Shown here in pieces: positions 29,833 to 51,160 of a stretch of DNA of 64,000 bases. The stretch covers positions 537,762 through 601,761 of the forward strand of contig JAWQFM010000021.1 of the NCBI GenBank assembly GCA_033442325.1, written 5' to 3'. This DNA comes from Salpingoeca rosetta. Taxonomy: Eukaryota; Protista; Choanoflagellata. A program made the translations under genes and the position numbers. The first letter of the stretch is position 1. Each line of letters begins with the position of its first letter. A model generated the notes under the pieces. That model worked only from the letters and a program-made list of their open reading frames with translations. It was not told the DNA's origin and made no database searches.

Positions 29833-32432
29833 TCACTCGTCATCCTGTTGCACTGATGTGGGAACAGCGAGCGTTTCCACGTTGGTTGGCGCAACGTCAA
29901 TGTAGCTGCCTTCATCTGCCTCGTTCTCAGCCACGTTCTCCACCGCCCCGTCCTTCTCACCATCACCATCACCTTCACCATCACCACCATCACCGCCATC
30001 AGCATCGTTCGCCTTGGCCTGCAGCGCCTCTGAGCTGCGGTACATGGGGTTCTGCTTTGTTGAGGAGTCGTTGAAGGCGGGAGCGTCATACAGCCCGGTA
30101 TCCTCCGCTGCGTTGTACAGCGTGTTCAGCTCCTCCACGTCCCCGTTCTCGTTGTACATGGGATTGGAGAAGGACACAACGGGTCGCGCACCGGTCTTGC
30201 TGTCATCTGCGCTCTTCTTGCTGTCCGCGTCGCGCAGGGCGTCTGCCACGCGCGGGTTGCGGCGGCGGTTGCGCATCACAATCAGCACCAGACCGGCAAC
30301 CAGCAGCACCCCGACAGCAGAGCCAACACCAACGCCAACCTTCTCACTGTCGTTCAGCACACTCCCGGACCTTGAGCCGGGTCCATCGTTATCATCATCA
30401 TCGTCGTCGTCGTCGTCGCCATCATCATCATCATCATCGTGGTCATCATCGGCATCATCGTCATCAGCAGACGACAACACTGCCAGCACGAGCGTGCGCA
30501 CCTGATTGTAGACCGAGTCGAACATGGCCGCAACATCCGCCTCATACTGTGCGTCGGAGAAGCTGCCATCAACATTGCACCGCAGGCCGCACCCGCCAAT
30601 GCTGGCATAGAACGTGGTTTCCACCCTTGCCTTCCAATCGCTCAGGGGCAGCGGCGGTGATGCAAGCGCAGCGCTCGTCAGGTCGGCCAGCGTCACGGCG
30701 CGGGTGCAGTTGGTGTCGATGCCGCTGGTGAAGCTGAGGCACGTTGGCTCCTCCGGCTTGAACACGGTGACAGCGGCGTTGAGGAACGTGGCTAGCTCTG
30801 AGAAGCGCTCCGAGGAGGATGGTAGCGTGCACTCGGGCGATGTGTCGGATGCCGTGCACGCCTTGTCCCGCAACATGGGGAAGATGATGCTGACAATCAT
30901 GCCACTTGCCGTTGAGGCCACCTCCCTTCGTTCAACAACTGCTGGCCTGATGCGGACCTGGTCACCGCTGATCTTGGTGATGGGCGGGGTGCCGCTGAGC
31001 GTGTCCGCAATCAGGTTGCGCAGGGTGTCGTCGTTGTACGACTGGAACAGCCGCGTCAGCATGGTTGGTGGCAGCAGGTCGCCCACGCTAAACTCGACAG
31101 TCACCGTGGCTGTCTCCACGCGGTCGGCCGCATCCATGGCAGAGTCGAGGCCGGACAAGTACGCGCACGCGCTGGTGGTGTTCACCTGCAGGCACGCCTC
31201 GACCGTGCGGTTCCTAATGTGTGAGGTGGATGCCCTCCAAGCCAGCAGCTCAAGCACCTCGCGCGGCCCCGGGGCAAGGGTGTCGAAGGAAGCCACGCTG
31301 GCAATCGCATCAACAGCAATGGCGGGGCCCGTGACTCTTGCGGCAAAGGCGAGCGTATCCGACGATGGCGCATATGTGAGGTTGCAGCTCGCACCGGGGG
31401 CAAAGCGCAAGTCCGGCAGCACTTCTGCAGCAAGCCGGGTCATGTGGTGCTTGACGGCCTCGTTGTCTGCGCTGCCGAGGGCGTTGAGCTGGGGTTCCAC
31501 GGCAGCCTGAAGCTCTGGCGACAGGCTCAAAATGGCCAGAGGCTTGAACGTGTACGCGACGAGCTTCTCTTTGGGCCTGCGGGCATCATTCAGGGTGCTG
31601 TTGACGGCCATGATGGCGAGTTCGTTCGCCAGCGCTTCGTCGGCCAGCTGTTGCTCCAGGGACGGGCACGTTGAGAAGCACACGCAGGCGCGCTGCTGGA
31701 CGTCAAACTGTGCCTCCAGTTCGCACGTGAGCCGATCCATGCTCGAGTTGCCGCGAGAAAAGTGGATGCCGCTGCCTGACCCGTAAGCCGGCGACGACTG
31801 CAAACCACAGTGCATGAATGCACGAGTAAGGGGAAAAGCGGGGTTGGGAGGGAGGTTGAGGGAAGGTGGGAAGATGTAAGGAGAGAAGTGGAGGGTGAGA
31901 GGGTTCATGGCACATGGTACATGACACTTGTGTAAGGTGATGACATACAATGCGTATGTATGTGTGTGTTGGGGGGGGGGGAGGTATGACACCCCCGTTG
32001 TGAGACAACACGAACAGACGAGAGATTAGAGTCAGGTGAAAGTGTCAACTGACAAAGGATGGCGGGAGGTGCTCGTCGTTGGCGAGTGCAACGCGGACAC
32101 TGTCCAGCGTCAGGGATGTGATTGGGGCGAAGGAGCCTGTGAAAATGTGGTACGACGATGTCATTGGGAAGAATGCATCATCCTCCATGCACGGCGGGCG
32201 CGTGGTATTGAAGGACGTCTCCCAGTTCTGTCACAGCGAGGAAAGGGAGAAGAGCACATGGTGCGTGTGTGTGTTGTGATGGGTGTGTGTGTGTGCAGTG
32301 GACCGGGATTGGTGAGAGGTGTCATGTCGTAGGCTCGTGAGGGGAGGTTGTTGCTGAGGAGACTGATCAAGACAGGGGTACCCAATCTATCAGTCGCACG
32401 CACCCCCACACCCCCACACAAACAAATACTTA

Positions 32433-32474
<42 letters not shown>

Positions 32475-32934
32475 TATCACGTACCTTGTGGCAGTTAAAG
32501 TCGCACTCTGGGCGGTAAGTCTGACCACCGGTGAACACAGTCACGTCAGCATCGTCCGTGTTGGCGTCGACATCGCTTGGGTGGGTCTTGTGGAACACCA
32601 TCTGGGCACCGTGAGGTGCAAACTCCAGCACGCCGTTGTCTGCAAACACAATTGCCTGCTTGGTCGCGTACTTGCCAGCATGGACGAGGGACGTGACTGG
32701 CTTCCAGCCATCAGTTTGGTGCTTTGGCCCAAAGTACACGGTTGTGGTCACGGCATCGTCCTGGTTGTGGCCGACAACCACAGGAGCGCCGCCATCCCAG
32801 TTGGCGTCGTTGTTGAAGTTGGTGTTGCATCCGTCCTCTTTCCACGTAAACACGGCGCCATGCACATTGACGCACATTAGCATGCCAATAAGGAGCACCG
32901 CAGCGCTCACAGCAGCACCGCGTCGGGCCATCAT
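29833..32934 (-). CDS. AMN: Amnionless-like type I membrane protein; exons ~32934-32485, 32227-~32052, 31797-29833
   Basis: Signal peptide, then TWKEDGCNTNFNNDANWDGG (cf. LWVPNTDFDVAANWSQN), RPPCMEDDAFFPMTSSYHI (cf. RVPCRHDDVFFPPSASFRV) and ACVC. TM is VGVGVGSAVGVLLVAGLVLIVM. The cytoplasmic tail carries FSNPMY and QNPMY. Confidence 0.75.
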
Positions 32935-32936
32935 GC

Positions 32937-32998
<62 letters not shown>

Positions 32999-33312
32999 GC
33001 TGCTGCTGCTGTCGTGGGCGTGTAAATGGGTTTGTCAATGCTCGCACACAAGTACGCTTTGATTGGTGTTGTTGTGAAGGGCTGAACGTGCAGGGGTGAA
33101 TGGAAATTTAGTTACAGAGCCAACGAAACGTCGGAAGAATAACGCGGATTCAAAAAATATCGAAGGTGGGGGTGGGGCCGGGACAGTGACACACAGACAC
33201 ACAGGCACACAGACACACGACACACAGACACACACACACAGACACACAGACACACAGACACACAGACACACACAGATCAGAAGCAACGAGGGAGGAGACG
33301 TGGCGGCGCCTC

Positions 33313-35404
<2,092 letters not shown>

Positions 35405-35459
35405 CTTGCTTGTCGTTGTTGTTGATTTGATGACTCATCACCACTTTCAATCCTCCTTG

Positions 35460-35543
<84 letters not shown>

Positions 35544-35685
35544 CCTTCCTTCCACTTCCACCACACGCATGGTTGTCATCATTGGTGGTGCGCCGCCACC
35601 AAGCAAGCCAAAATGGGTACGTGTAATCGAAGCACGAGCCGCCAAACGTAACAAAGGGAGAGATGCCAAGAAATGGAGACAAGGA

Positions 35686-35745
<60 letters not shown>

Positions 35746-35808
35746 CTTGATGTCAGCAAACAAATTTGAGAGCAAGAGGATGATGATTCCCGGTGATGAC
35801 GACAGCAA

Positions 35809-35904
35809 CTACACGTCCAGTGCGGAGGAACTGCTGTGCTCGCCCAGCTTGGGAATGGTGACAGAGTACCCATCTGTATGAACGTGAACGTGAACGTGAA
35901 CGTG

Positions 35905-35939
<35 letters not shown>

Positions 35940-36252
35940 AGAGTATACTAATCGTGGATACTCGCCGGTTTTAGTACTGATGAAATTGAGGCCTTGAGCA
36001 CATCGGGTGAACGAGGTCATTGCACATGGAGAACCTATGGTGTCGCTGGTCCCGGTTCCCCTCCATAAGTGGCGTATTGGGTTAGCTCGAGTTACTTCAC
36101 AGTGATGAGAGATCACTTGCTCCGCGGATGCAACGCAACGATGTATCTGTCGAGACAGCTATTCACGACTGCGACGTGGGCTAGCATCTCATAAAACGAT
36201 CGATGCGGTAACTATAAGCTTCTTCTTTGTGTCGTAAACACACACACGCACA

Positions 36253-36314
<62 letters not shown>

Positions 36315-37023
36315 GCCAACGCACAAATACAAATGGACATACAAGCCCCCCTGGCCCCAAATTCACATCCCCACACAGTGATCACCCATTCATGCATTCA
36401 AACCTGCGGTCTTGATGAATTGGGGCACGGGGTCTGGCTCGATGGTGCCGTAAATGGCAATTGGGCGGTGCGTGTCGTGCACAAAGTACAGCGTGTCCTT
36501 CACATGCACCTGGATGTAGTGGTGCACCTGAAGCCATGACAGCAAACCATGGCAGGAAGGTGTGCACGGGCATGGGAGTAGAGCGTGGAGTGAGTGCTTG
36601 TGCAATTGTCCTGGGCAACCAACCTATGATCGTAGCACACACATGCACAATGTTACCCCCCTCCCCTCCCCCCCCCCACACGCTCACACCATGTGCGAAT
36701 ACACTGGCCAGACACCAAAACATTGATTGCATGTGTGCAAGCGTGGCCACCACAGCGCGACCACCCGCAAACACACCAAGTAGCACGTGCGCACGAGACG
36801 CGTGACAAATTCCGGAACGCGGTGACCCGAGGGAAAGTAGACCACTAGGTCATTGTCGCCGCGCAAGTGAATGACACACACGGCATCCAGGTTGGACGTG
36901 ACAGTCACCGCGTCAATCTGTGTCAGTGGCACAGGCTTTGTGCCCATTCGAAAGCCTTTGACAGGGTCGAGTTTGTACAACCCGTCACGCGCTAGCACCA
37001 GCGCACGCAGCTGCGTCTTGCCC

Positions 37024-37098
<75 letters not shown>

Positions 37099-37488
37099 GG
37101 TTGTTGTTGTGGTTGTTGTTATTGTTGTTGTTGTTGTTGTTGTGGTTGTTGTGGTTGTTGTTGTTGGTGAGACAAGCGTGACAACTCAAGTCAACATGGG
37201 TGCACACATGTTCGTGTGGTTTTGCACGCGGATGTACGCGTGCGTATATGGAAAATCAAAACATGTGCGTGCATACACGTTTCCAGGTGTGCGTGTGTGC
37301 TGCTGCTTACGCGGTGGCTGAGCTTCTGTACGGGGCTGGAGAACACGAGATGCTGGCACATGCCCTGCTGTCGCAGCGTTGCCAGCGACTGCATGTACGC
37401 GTCCAGCGCCCGGTTCCTGTTGGGATCCGCAAGGTAGTCGCCTGATGGCCCGAGGTGGTGGAGGTGGTGATGGTAATGATGGTTGTCG

Positions 37489-37556
<68 letters not shown>

Positions 37557-39100
37557 ATGGGAGAGTGCGGATGAGGTGACGCGTGGTTGTGACGCCAACA
37601 ATCACGTGGCAGAAGAGAACTGCAGCAAGAGCACAAATGCTCCCTCTCAATCACCCGACAAACTCCTTCTCTCCCTCACGTGCGCGCAACATGTATGTGT
37701 TGTGATGTGTTGTGATGTGTGAGGCGCCACGCACCCTTCCAGTTGAGGTCGTGTGCCCAATACGGTACACGCGCATGGAAGATGATCATGCCCAGCACCT
37801 TCAGCCGCAGCCGCTCAACCGTCTTCGCATCCAACCTGCCGCCCACAGCAATGCGTGTGCGTGTGTGCGTGTGTGCGTGTGTGCGTGTGTGCGTGTGTGT
37901 GTGATGTGCGCATGATGGAAGTAAACGACAGTTCGAGGAGGGCGAAAACTTGAGTAAGGAGGTGCGAAGCACTTGCCCCCCCCCCACACACACACAGGCA
38001 CGCACGCCACGTTACCTGGAGATGATCTTGCGGGCACGCCAGCGCTGGTGCATGAACTTGAGACGGGTGATAAAGTCATGGAGAACGGCGGGCGGCGTTG
38101 GCCAGGTGTAGTCGCGACCGAGGTTGGGGTCGCTCGACACATTCGCAAACAGACGCAGCACCTTCACAAAGAAGAACCGCATCTGTCGGGCAGGAAGAGA
38201 AGTGTGCATGTGTGTTTTTGTGTATGTGTGTTTGTGTATGTGTGTGTTTGTGTGGATGCGTGTTTGGGTATGTATGTGCATTCGTGTTTGTGTATGTGTG
38301 CGTGTGTGTGAATGCGTGAATGTGCGAAGGTGTCGGTTTGGCCTTTCGAGCGATTGCACCGTTCCATACAACACGAACATGGATGAATAGCAGGACGCGC
38401 ACCTTGAATTTCTTGAATGCGCGCTTGATTACAACGGCAGCGCGGAGGCGGCGCACGTACTTGCGAGCAATCCACGCGCGCCAGCGTGCCTGCAAGCGCG
38501 GTGGAGCAATTGCAACGTTTGCACGAGTGAGTGAGAGGAAGGGTAGCGAGTACGTGCGTGCAGTAGTCGTGTACGGGCAACGACAACCAGACAGGCACGG
38601 TCGAACACTTGTGCATGCACACACAGGAGCAATATCGCAACACAGCACAACACAGCACAACACAACACAATACAACACAACACAACACAGACACACACAT
38701 ACACACATACACACACACGCAAGCAACAGGGGCCAATGCAGCACCTGGACGAAGGTAACAAGGTCTGGAATTTTCTTCTCGCGTGCAGACTCGAGAAGGG
38801 CGAGCGTGCTGGGCTGTCGGATAAACAGCTTAGTGTTGCCGAGCGCAACGTCGTGGTTGTCGTTGGGCGCCAGGCGGAGGTCAAATGCCTCCAGAATCAA
38901 CTTTACGCCCTGCTTCGTCGTGCCCGCGCTGCAGCGCAGTTAAATGTGTGCGCATGTGTGTGTATGTGTGTGTGGCGTCAACCCAGAGAACTAGCTAGCA
39001 TGGTTGCGGTGACACACGCGCAAAGGTAGATCAAACACAAAAACACACAGATACAGATACTCACAGTCACACAAACACAACATCACGCCATCACACCAAA

Positions 39101-39175
<75 letters not shown>

Positions 39176-39502
39176 ATCACATGGGCCCGCACGTGAAGTT
39201 TGGCCAAGTCTGGCTGCAGAGCATCTTGTATCGGGTGAGAAAGTGTTCATATGTCTGGCGGTTGGCGTATCCGGCGCGCCGCACGCGCACGTTCTCCATC
39301 AGGCCGAGATACCGCACCTGGGGCGCAGCGCAGGGGAGGCGAGGCCATGTGTGCGTGTGTGTGTGGGGGGGGGAAAGAGGTTGGAGTAAGTGGGGCATGT
39401 AGATTTGTATGACGTATGTTACGTGAGACGTAAGTGCGAGGATAAGCGCATGTGACCAACACGATACGGACGTGTGATAGCACACACACACACACACATA
39501 CG

Positions 39503-39589
<87 letters not shown>

Positions 39590-40422
39590 TCTGTGCACAC
39601 CTGGTGCCTGACGCGTTCGGTGTTGAACGACGATGACGACTTTGTCTCGTTTGGTTTGATGCAGCGCACGTAGAACGGCTCCTTCTGTGCCAACTGCTCA
39701 ACCAGCGCCCCCATCGACGTCTGATGGCAGTGGTGTTGTGTACAAGAGGGGTGGTGACGAATGGGTGGAGTGAGAGGTGTGTGGCCAACACTTATACACG
39801 CACACACACACACACACACGCACACACACAATATACTTGGCAAGTGCACCGCGTCACCTTGAATGCTTTGCCGGCTGTGACGGGCCGCTTGGTGACGGCG
39901 CGAATGTCGCGGGCGCCGTCAGGGAACAGCTGGTGGTGATGATGATGATGGTGGTGATATCGTGGTAAGCGCAAGTGAACATGCTGAGCCACACGTTACA
40001 CAAGTCACAATCATGCACGCATGCATGCACACACACACACACACACACACACACAACAGGCACCCATACACGCACATACACACACATGCACACACACGCC
40101 ACCACACCTCCTTGATGACGGGGTTGTGCGAGGAGTACATGAGGCGCTTGAGGTCTTGGAAGAGCGTGTCCTTGTTCTTCTCCAGGAAGCCGTCCACTTT
40201 GTAGATGACGTCGCCAGCAAAGTGCTTGAGGCGGAAGTCTTCGTTGCGCTCCAGGTCCTTGTCCTTGTTGTTCGTCTGTCGGCTGCTGTAGTGGTCGTGC
40301 TTGGCCAGCTGCTGGTCCATCGCCTCAAGGAACGTCCTGTCCGTGCGCCGCCCAACCTGACGCATGTGTGACACGTGCGTGCGAGCGTGTGTGCGTGTGA
40401 GCGTGTGTGCGTGTGAGCGTGC

Positions 40423-40509
<87 letters not shown>

Positions 40510-41642
40510 TGACACATGACAACACGCGACTGTGGTGTTTGCCCTCTTCACCATCATCATCACCACCACGACCAACGCCACCACCACGGCGACGACGACG
40601 CCGACCACCACCACCACCATCATGAACACCACCGCCTTTCGCACCATGAGACACTGCTCGTCGAGGATGGAGAGGATGCCGCGCCGCCCGTCCTCAATCA
40701 GATCACAGATGACGCGATTGTTGAAGAACTTGACGTCCGTCCACGTGATTCCTTCCTTCCGGTACTCCTCCTAAACGCATTTAGTTGGGAAAGGGGCGGG
40801 ACGGACAGCGATGGGGTCGTGTGAGCACGTACACGGGTGAGTATGCATGGGTGTTTGGTGGGACAGAGGAGGTTGGTTCTGGACCAGACACTGTACTTAC
40901 ACACAAAGACAGACAGACAGACACACACACACACACACACACACAGATACTCACAAACAGACACATTCACACAAGCGCACGGACCTGTTCGCGCTTGAGA
41001 ACGAGTTCGATGAAGAGCTGCTGCAGTTTCTCGTTGCAGTAATTGATGCACAGCTGCTCAAAGCTGGCGGCACCAATGGGGCACGGATGAATGTGTGTGT
41101 GTGCATGATGTGGAGCGAGTGAGTCCCTCAACTAGCCCGAAGAACTCACAGTGCATGCGTGTTCATTATGTGTGCGTGCGTGCGCGCGCGCGCGTGTGTG
41201 TGCATGAATGTGTTTTCATGTGTGCGGGTGAGCGCACCTGTTGTTGTCGAAGATTTCAAAGCCGTAAATGTCGAGCACGCCGATGACGGTTTGTCGCGCG
41301 CCGTTGCCAGTTCGCACCTGAAATTGGGGACGAGAAAATGGTGTAGGAGAGGCGGGGAGGGGATGTGGTGAAGTGGTGATGGCGGTGGAATTGGAGTGGA
41401 GGTACAGGCCAAGCGACGAGCTCACTCAACAAGAAACCGCACACACACACACATGTATATACACACACAACCAACCAACCAACCAAAACAAACAGCCGCC
41501 AACCTCGATGGCGTCGTTGATTGTCTTGACGATGTGTGTGAATGTGCGATCGTACATCGCCTGCGAGAACAACAGCGCACAAGCGAGGAAGTGGTGGGCA
41601 ACAGCAGCAGGAGTGGCAGCAAGAGGAATGATACGATGTCCA

Positions 41643-41684
<42 letters not shown>

Positions 41685-42184
41685 CGCACCTTTGCGAGTG
41701 CATCGCGTGCGTGTGTGGCCTCTGTTTTCGTGAGCGGCTTCACCACAACCTCACCGCGCGCAGCAACCACCCTGACAATGGTAACGGCAATGGTGGCGAA
41801 CGACTGAATCATGAGAATTAATAAGAGCAGAGATTAAGCACACACAGAGGGAAGCGAAGGAAGCGCGCATCCGTGTCGCACACACACACACACACTGCAC
41901 ACACACACACACATCCCTCCTCCTCCCTGCCACTCCGAACCCCGCCTGCACCTGTTTGTGAGCGCCTCCACGACGGTGCCTGGCGACGTGTCGAGCAGCA
42001 GCGCCACGCGGTTGACAATCTGCTCATTGACGGGCTTGCACGTGTCGCCGTTGTCTGCAAACGTCACGTTGCCAAGGTGCAAGATGGCAGCAACAATGTG
42101 CCAGATGGTCGAGCGCGTGTCGTCGCTGAAGCCAATGCGCTTCATCGCCTGAGAGGTGTTTGCGTATGTATGTACGTGTGTGTG

Positions 42185-42230
<46 letters not shown>

Positions 42231-43000
42231 TGTGTGTGTGTGTGTGTGGTTTGTGTGTGTGTGTGTGTATGTGTGTGTGTGTGTGCAGGTGAATGAGTTT
42301 GGCAAGCTTGTACGAACACGAAAACAAGCCAACACAACAACAACACCAACCACCACTTGCAGTATGGGCTACCTGCACGGCTGCCTTGAAGTCTGCCTTG
42401 TCGTTGATGCGCTTGACCGTTGTCACGTCACCGCCGCACGCGTACGCAAACTGGCGCGCATCCCGCTGATGATGGTGATGGTGATGGTGATGATGGTGAT
42501 GGTTGCCGTGAGCAGCGCGTCGAAACAAAACAGAGCCGTGAAGACGACGCAAATTGCACTGCATGCAACAACGAGCACAAGAACAAGCACAAAAGCAAGA
42601 AGAAGAAGAAGAAGAAGAAGAAGAAGAAGAAGAAGAAGAAGAAGAAGAAGAAGAAGAAGAAGAAGAAGAAGAAGAAGAAGAAGAAGAAGAACAACAACAA
42701 CAACAACAAGAGCAACACCACCAACGCTACCGTCACCACCACCACCATCAGCAGCAGCATCAGACCTGGAGGCCGAGGGTCCTGAGGTGGGCGTCGTCGG
42801 CGCCGGCGAGGAGCTGGTAGAACACGTGGAAGTTGCGCTCGCCCTCCTGGCATCCGCAATTGTGATGGTCGGTGGTGGCGGTGGTCGTGGATGTACGCAA
42901 GTGGTGAGACGAAGTTCACACGTACATGGTAGACATACGTGCACACACACCTGCACACGCACACACACGCACGCACACACACACACACACACACACCTGC

Positions 43001-43054
<54 letters not shown>

Positions 43055-44900
43055 GACATACACACCTGCTGTGCGACGACGCGCGCCTTTTCGAGGAGGT
43101 AGTTCTCAATGTGGCCGCCAATCTGCGGGGCAGTCGTGAGCAGTTGTGAGCATCAGGGGCGATGATGGCAATCGGAGACGCGAGAGTGCGCAATGCACGA
43201 CATACGCACACAGAGGCAGGCAGACACACAGACACACAGACACGCGCGCACACACGCACATAGACATAGACACACAGACACGCAGACACAGACAAACACA
43301 CAATCACACACGAACGTGCGTACCGGGTCGCCCTTGAAGTCAAAGTTGATGTCCATGTACTTTCCGAAGCGAGACGAGTTGTCGTTGCGATTCGTGCGCG
43401 CGTTGCCAAACGCCTCCAGCACCGCATTCGATTGCAGCAGCTGCGGGTGGTGGTGGTGGTGGTGGTGGTGGTGGTGGGACAATGTGAGAAGACAAGAAGC
43501 GAGGTGAACAGAGGTAGGACGAGGAGATCACGTGGTCTTACGCCAATATGAGAGACAGACAGACAGACAGACAGAGAGAGGGGAGAGAGAGCCAAAATCA
43601 AGCAGCACAGCGCACGGACGTGAGCACCATCCCCCTCCCCACTGCCATCACAGGGTGTGGCCTCACCAAGTCCTTGACACGCTCGACTTCGCTCTGCTTT
43701 GAGGGGTTTGTGACGGCGGCGATGTAGCGCATGATGATCTTGCTCGCCTCCGTCTTGCCAGCACCGCTCTCGCCTTCGGGCGCGGGCGCGCACGACGAAG
43801 GACAAGAACAAGGACACGAAGAAGCAGAAACAGAAGCAGAAGAAGGGGGAGGGGAGTATCGACGCAACATGGTCAGTGTCGCGTGTGCGCGTGTTCACAC
43901 CCGATGTTTCGTGTGCACGTCGCTTCAACTCACCAATCCACACACAAATGGCCAAACATTAACCAACCCATCAAGCAAACAAACAAGACAACCGGGTCAG
44001 CAAGGTCAGCAGCAAGTCGAGCAACAACGAGCGGTGCCTCACCGGAGATGACGATGCAGGTATCTTGGCGCCGGCGCTTCATGGTACGGTAGGCGGCGTC
44101 GGCCAGCGCAAACACATGCGGCTCACGCTCGTACATCTGCAGCAAGGCACACAGAGAGGTCAGGGTGAGTTGGGCTGTTGGTTGCACACATGCGCACGCG
44201 TGTGGCATGTGTTGAAGTGCTATTGTGTCAGCTTTTGTGCGCCATCACGCACTCACCTCGCGACTGCGGTACTCCTTGATGACATTGTCGCCGTAGATGT
44301 TCAACGACCTGAACAAGAAAACGAGGATGCGCACAAGTGCGTGAATGAGAGACAGTGTGTGTGTGACAGCGAAAGAGGTGTGAATGCATGTGTGTGTGTG
44401 TGTTGTGTACGTGCTTTTGTGTGCATGTGTGTGTGTGTGTGCGTGTGCGTTTGCAGTGGTCTGTGCATAACATAGCTCAATGGCTCGCACTGCGTGTGAC
44501 CGTGTTGTTCGGACCGGACGAGCACGCGTTGCATGCAGAGAGGAAGCACGTACTTGTATGGGTTGACAGAGACGACGACTTCGCCAATGTACGTGTAGAT
44601 CTTTGACTTTTTGAACCGCTTCTCCAAGTTCTCAATGAAGGCGTCCTGACACATACACACAAGAATGGCGATGGCCGTGGTGGGGCAGTGCATGCAATGT
44701 CAGTAACGGCACTGGTTGTTTCATGACAAGTGACGCAATGTAACGAACACCAAACGCACGCACACGCACGAAAAAACACACCAAACGCACGCACTAACCA
44801 TACAAGACCACAAGCCACAGCCTTTCCACACCTCATTGATGGGCTCCAAGAGGATGGCATCCCCCACACTGCCATCCTGGCCGTGCTTGTACAACGCCAT
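35809..44900 (-). CDS. MYO1D: Class I myosin, MYO1D/G subfamily (motor, IQ, TH1); more than 20 exons; last exon 35873-35809
   Basis: [114 protein letters not shown] and IQ-like [12 protein letters not shown]. The C-terminus PQFIKTA|DGYSVTIP resembles MYO1D PDFTKNRSGFILSVP. Confidence 0.95.
35938..36236. other. ~300-bp compositionally foreign segment inside the last MYO1D intron (36403-35874), between (GT)n and (CA)n tracts
   Basis: High-complexity and TpA-rich, unlike the flanking introns; several short hairpins. Confidence 0.55.
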
Positions 44901-45009
44901 CGTCGCTGCTGCCAATGCTGCACGCAGGAAGGAAGGTACAAGTTGGTTGGTTGTTGGCCAGCCTCCCTCCCAGCAAATATTTGTGCTGTCGGTGACGTAT
45001 TTTCCGTTG

Positions 45010-45188
<179 letters not shown>

Positions 45189-45416
45189 CAACGGCGTTGT
45201 GGCTGCAAGGCCGCGGCGTTTACTGACAGCAGCAATTTTCCCTTCCACAAGCTCACACACAACAATCACACGACCCACACCTCAAATGCACACGAAATAA
45301 AGGCATCAGCTCCTAATAAAGAACAGAGAACAGGTGCACAAGGTCAAAGAAAGCAATTGACAGAATCGATCGCGTCACACACAACGACAAATACACACAC
45401 ACATACAGACAAGCCA

Positions 45417-45515
<99 letters not shown>

Positions 45516-45594
45516 GATGATGTTAACTACCCCTCCCGCCTTTCCCCGTTACGCTTCGTCTCGATCCGCGCCTTCCACTCCCTCCTTTGCACTG

Positions 45595-50195
<4,601 letters not shown>

Positions 50196-50382
50196 GGTGG
50201 CTGCGTTGTTGTTCTTTGTCGTGTCGAATTGGTGGATATGGACGATCGTTTACGTTTCGCACACAAAACTGCAACAAAGTGCGCAGTTTGAACAGTGGCA
50301 AGATGGGGCGAGTGTGCGGCTGACCTTGCCTTCTCTCACACCACAATAACACTTGTCATGACATCATCCACAGGCCACAGCA

Positions 50383-51114
50383 TCACGCCTGGAAGAGCAT
50401 GAGGGAGGCGGCCATGACGGTCATGCCAAGGAAGGTGCAGAGGGTAACGTAGTTGTCGCGCGGGTCGTAGCTCCGCGCAGTCGGCAGCAGCTCCCGTAAT
50501 GAGATGTACACCTTCATCGAGCGAGGTGGAGGAAGGAAGGGACACGGCGATGGCGGACGATACGACGATGGTGACACGGAATGAGGTGCAGTGGAGGCAC
50601 GCGCACATAGGACGAAGCAGAGGGAGCCACGGAGAGGGGCAGAGAGACAGAAACAAGGAACGAACCACTCAGAAAGCGAACCACTCAGAACCCAGCCAAG
50701 TTCCCCCTTCCCTCCCAAGCAAGCATGTGGACGCACCATCATGCCGGAGACGAGGGAGAAGAGGAAGGCGTAGATGAGGCTGTCAAAGTCAGAGCCGCTG
50801 GCAGCAAAGATACCCCATCCAACAGCACCCGCAACGGGCTCAGCCATACCAGACAGGGTTCCAAACAAGAACGCGCGCCACCTGATCACGCACAAACAAA
50901 CGCAAGAACGCAAAGTACGTGAGGGTATTCTCACATACAGCCCACACACACAGACACACACACAGACACACACACACACACACATAGACACACACACACA
51001 GACACACACACACACATAGACACACACACAGACACACACACAGACACACACACAGACACACAGACACACACAGACACACACAGACACACACAGACACACA
51101 CACAGACACACACA

Positions 51115-51160
<46 letters not shown>

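Noticed and set aside
35977-35990. CTGATGA as a hammerhead core or C/D snoRNA box
   Set aside because: No stem II followed by GAAA, no downstream D box (CTGA), and antisense to the host intron
36390-36403. MYO1D ending at the ORF-track stop (…TAGLNA*)
   Set aside because: The donor gcag|gtttga and the in-phase exon 35873-35809 give a better MYO1D-like C-terminus
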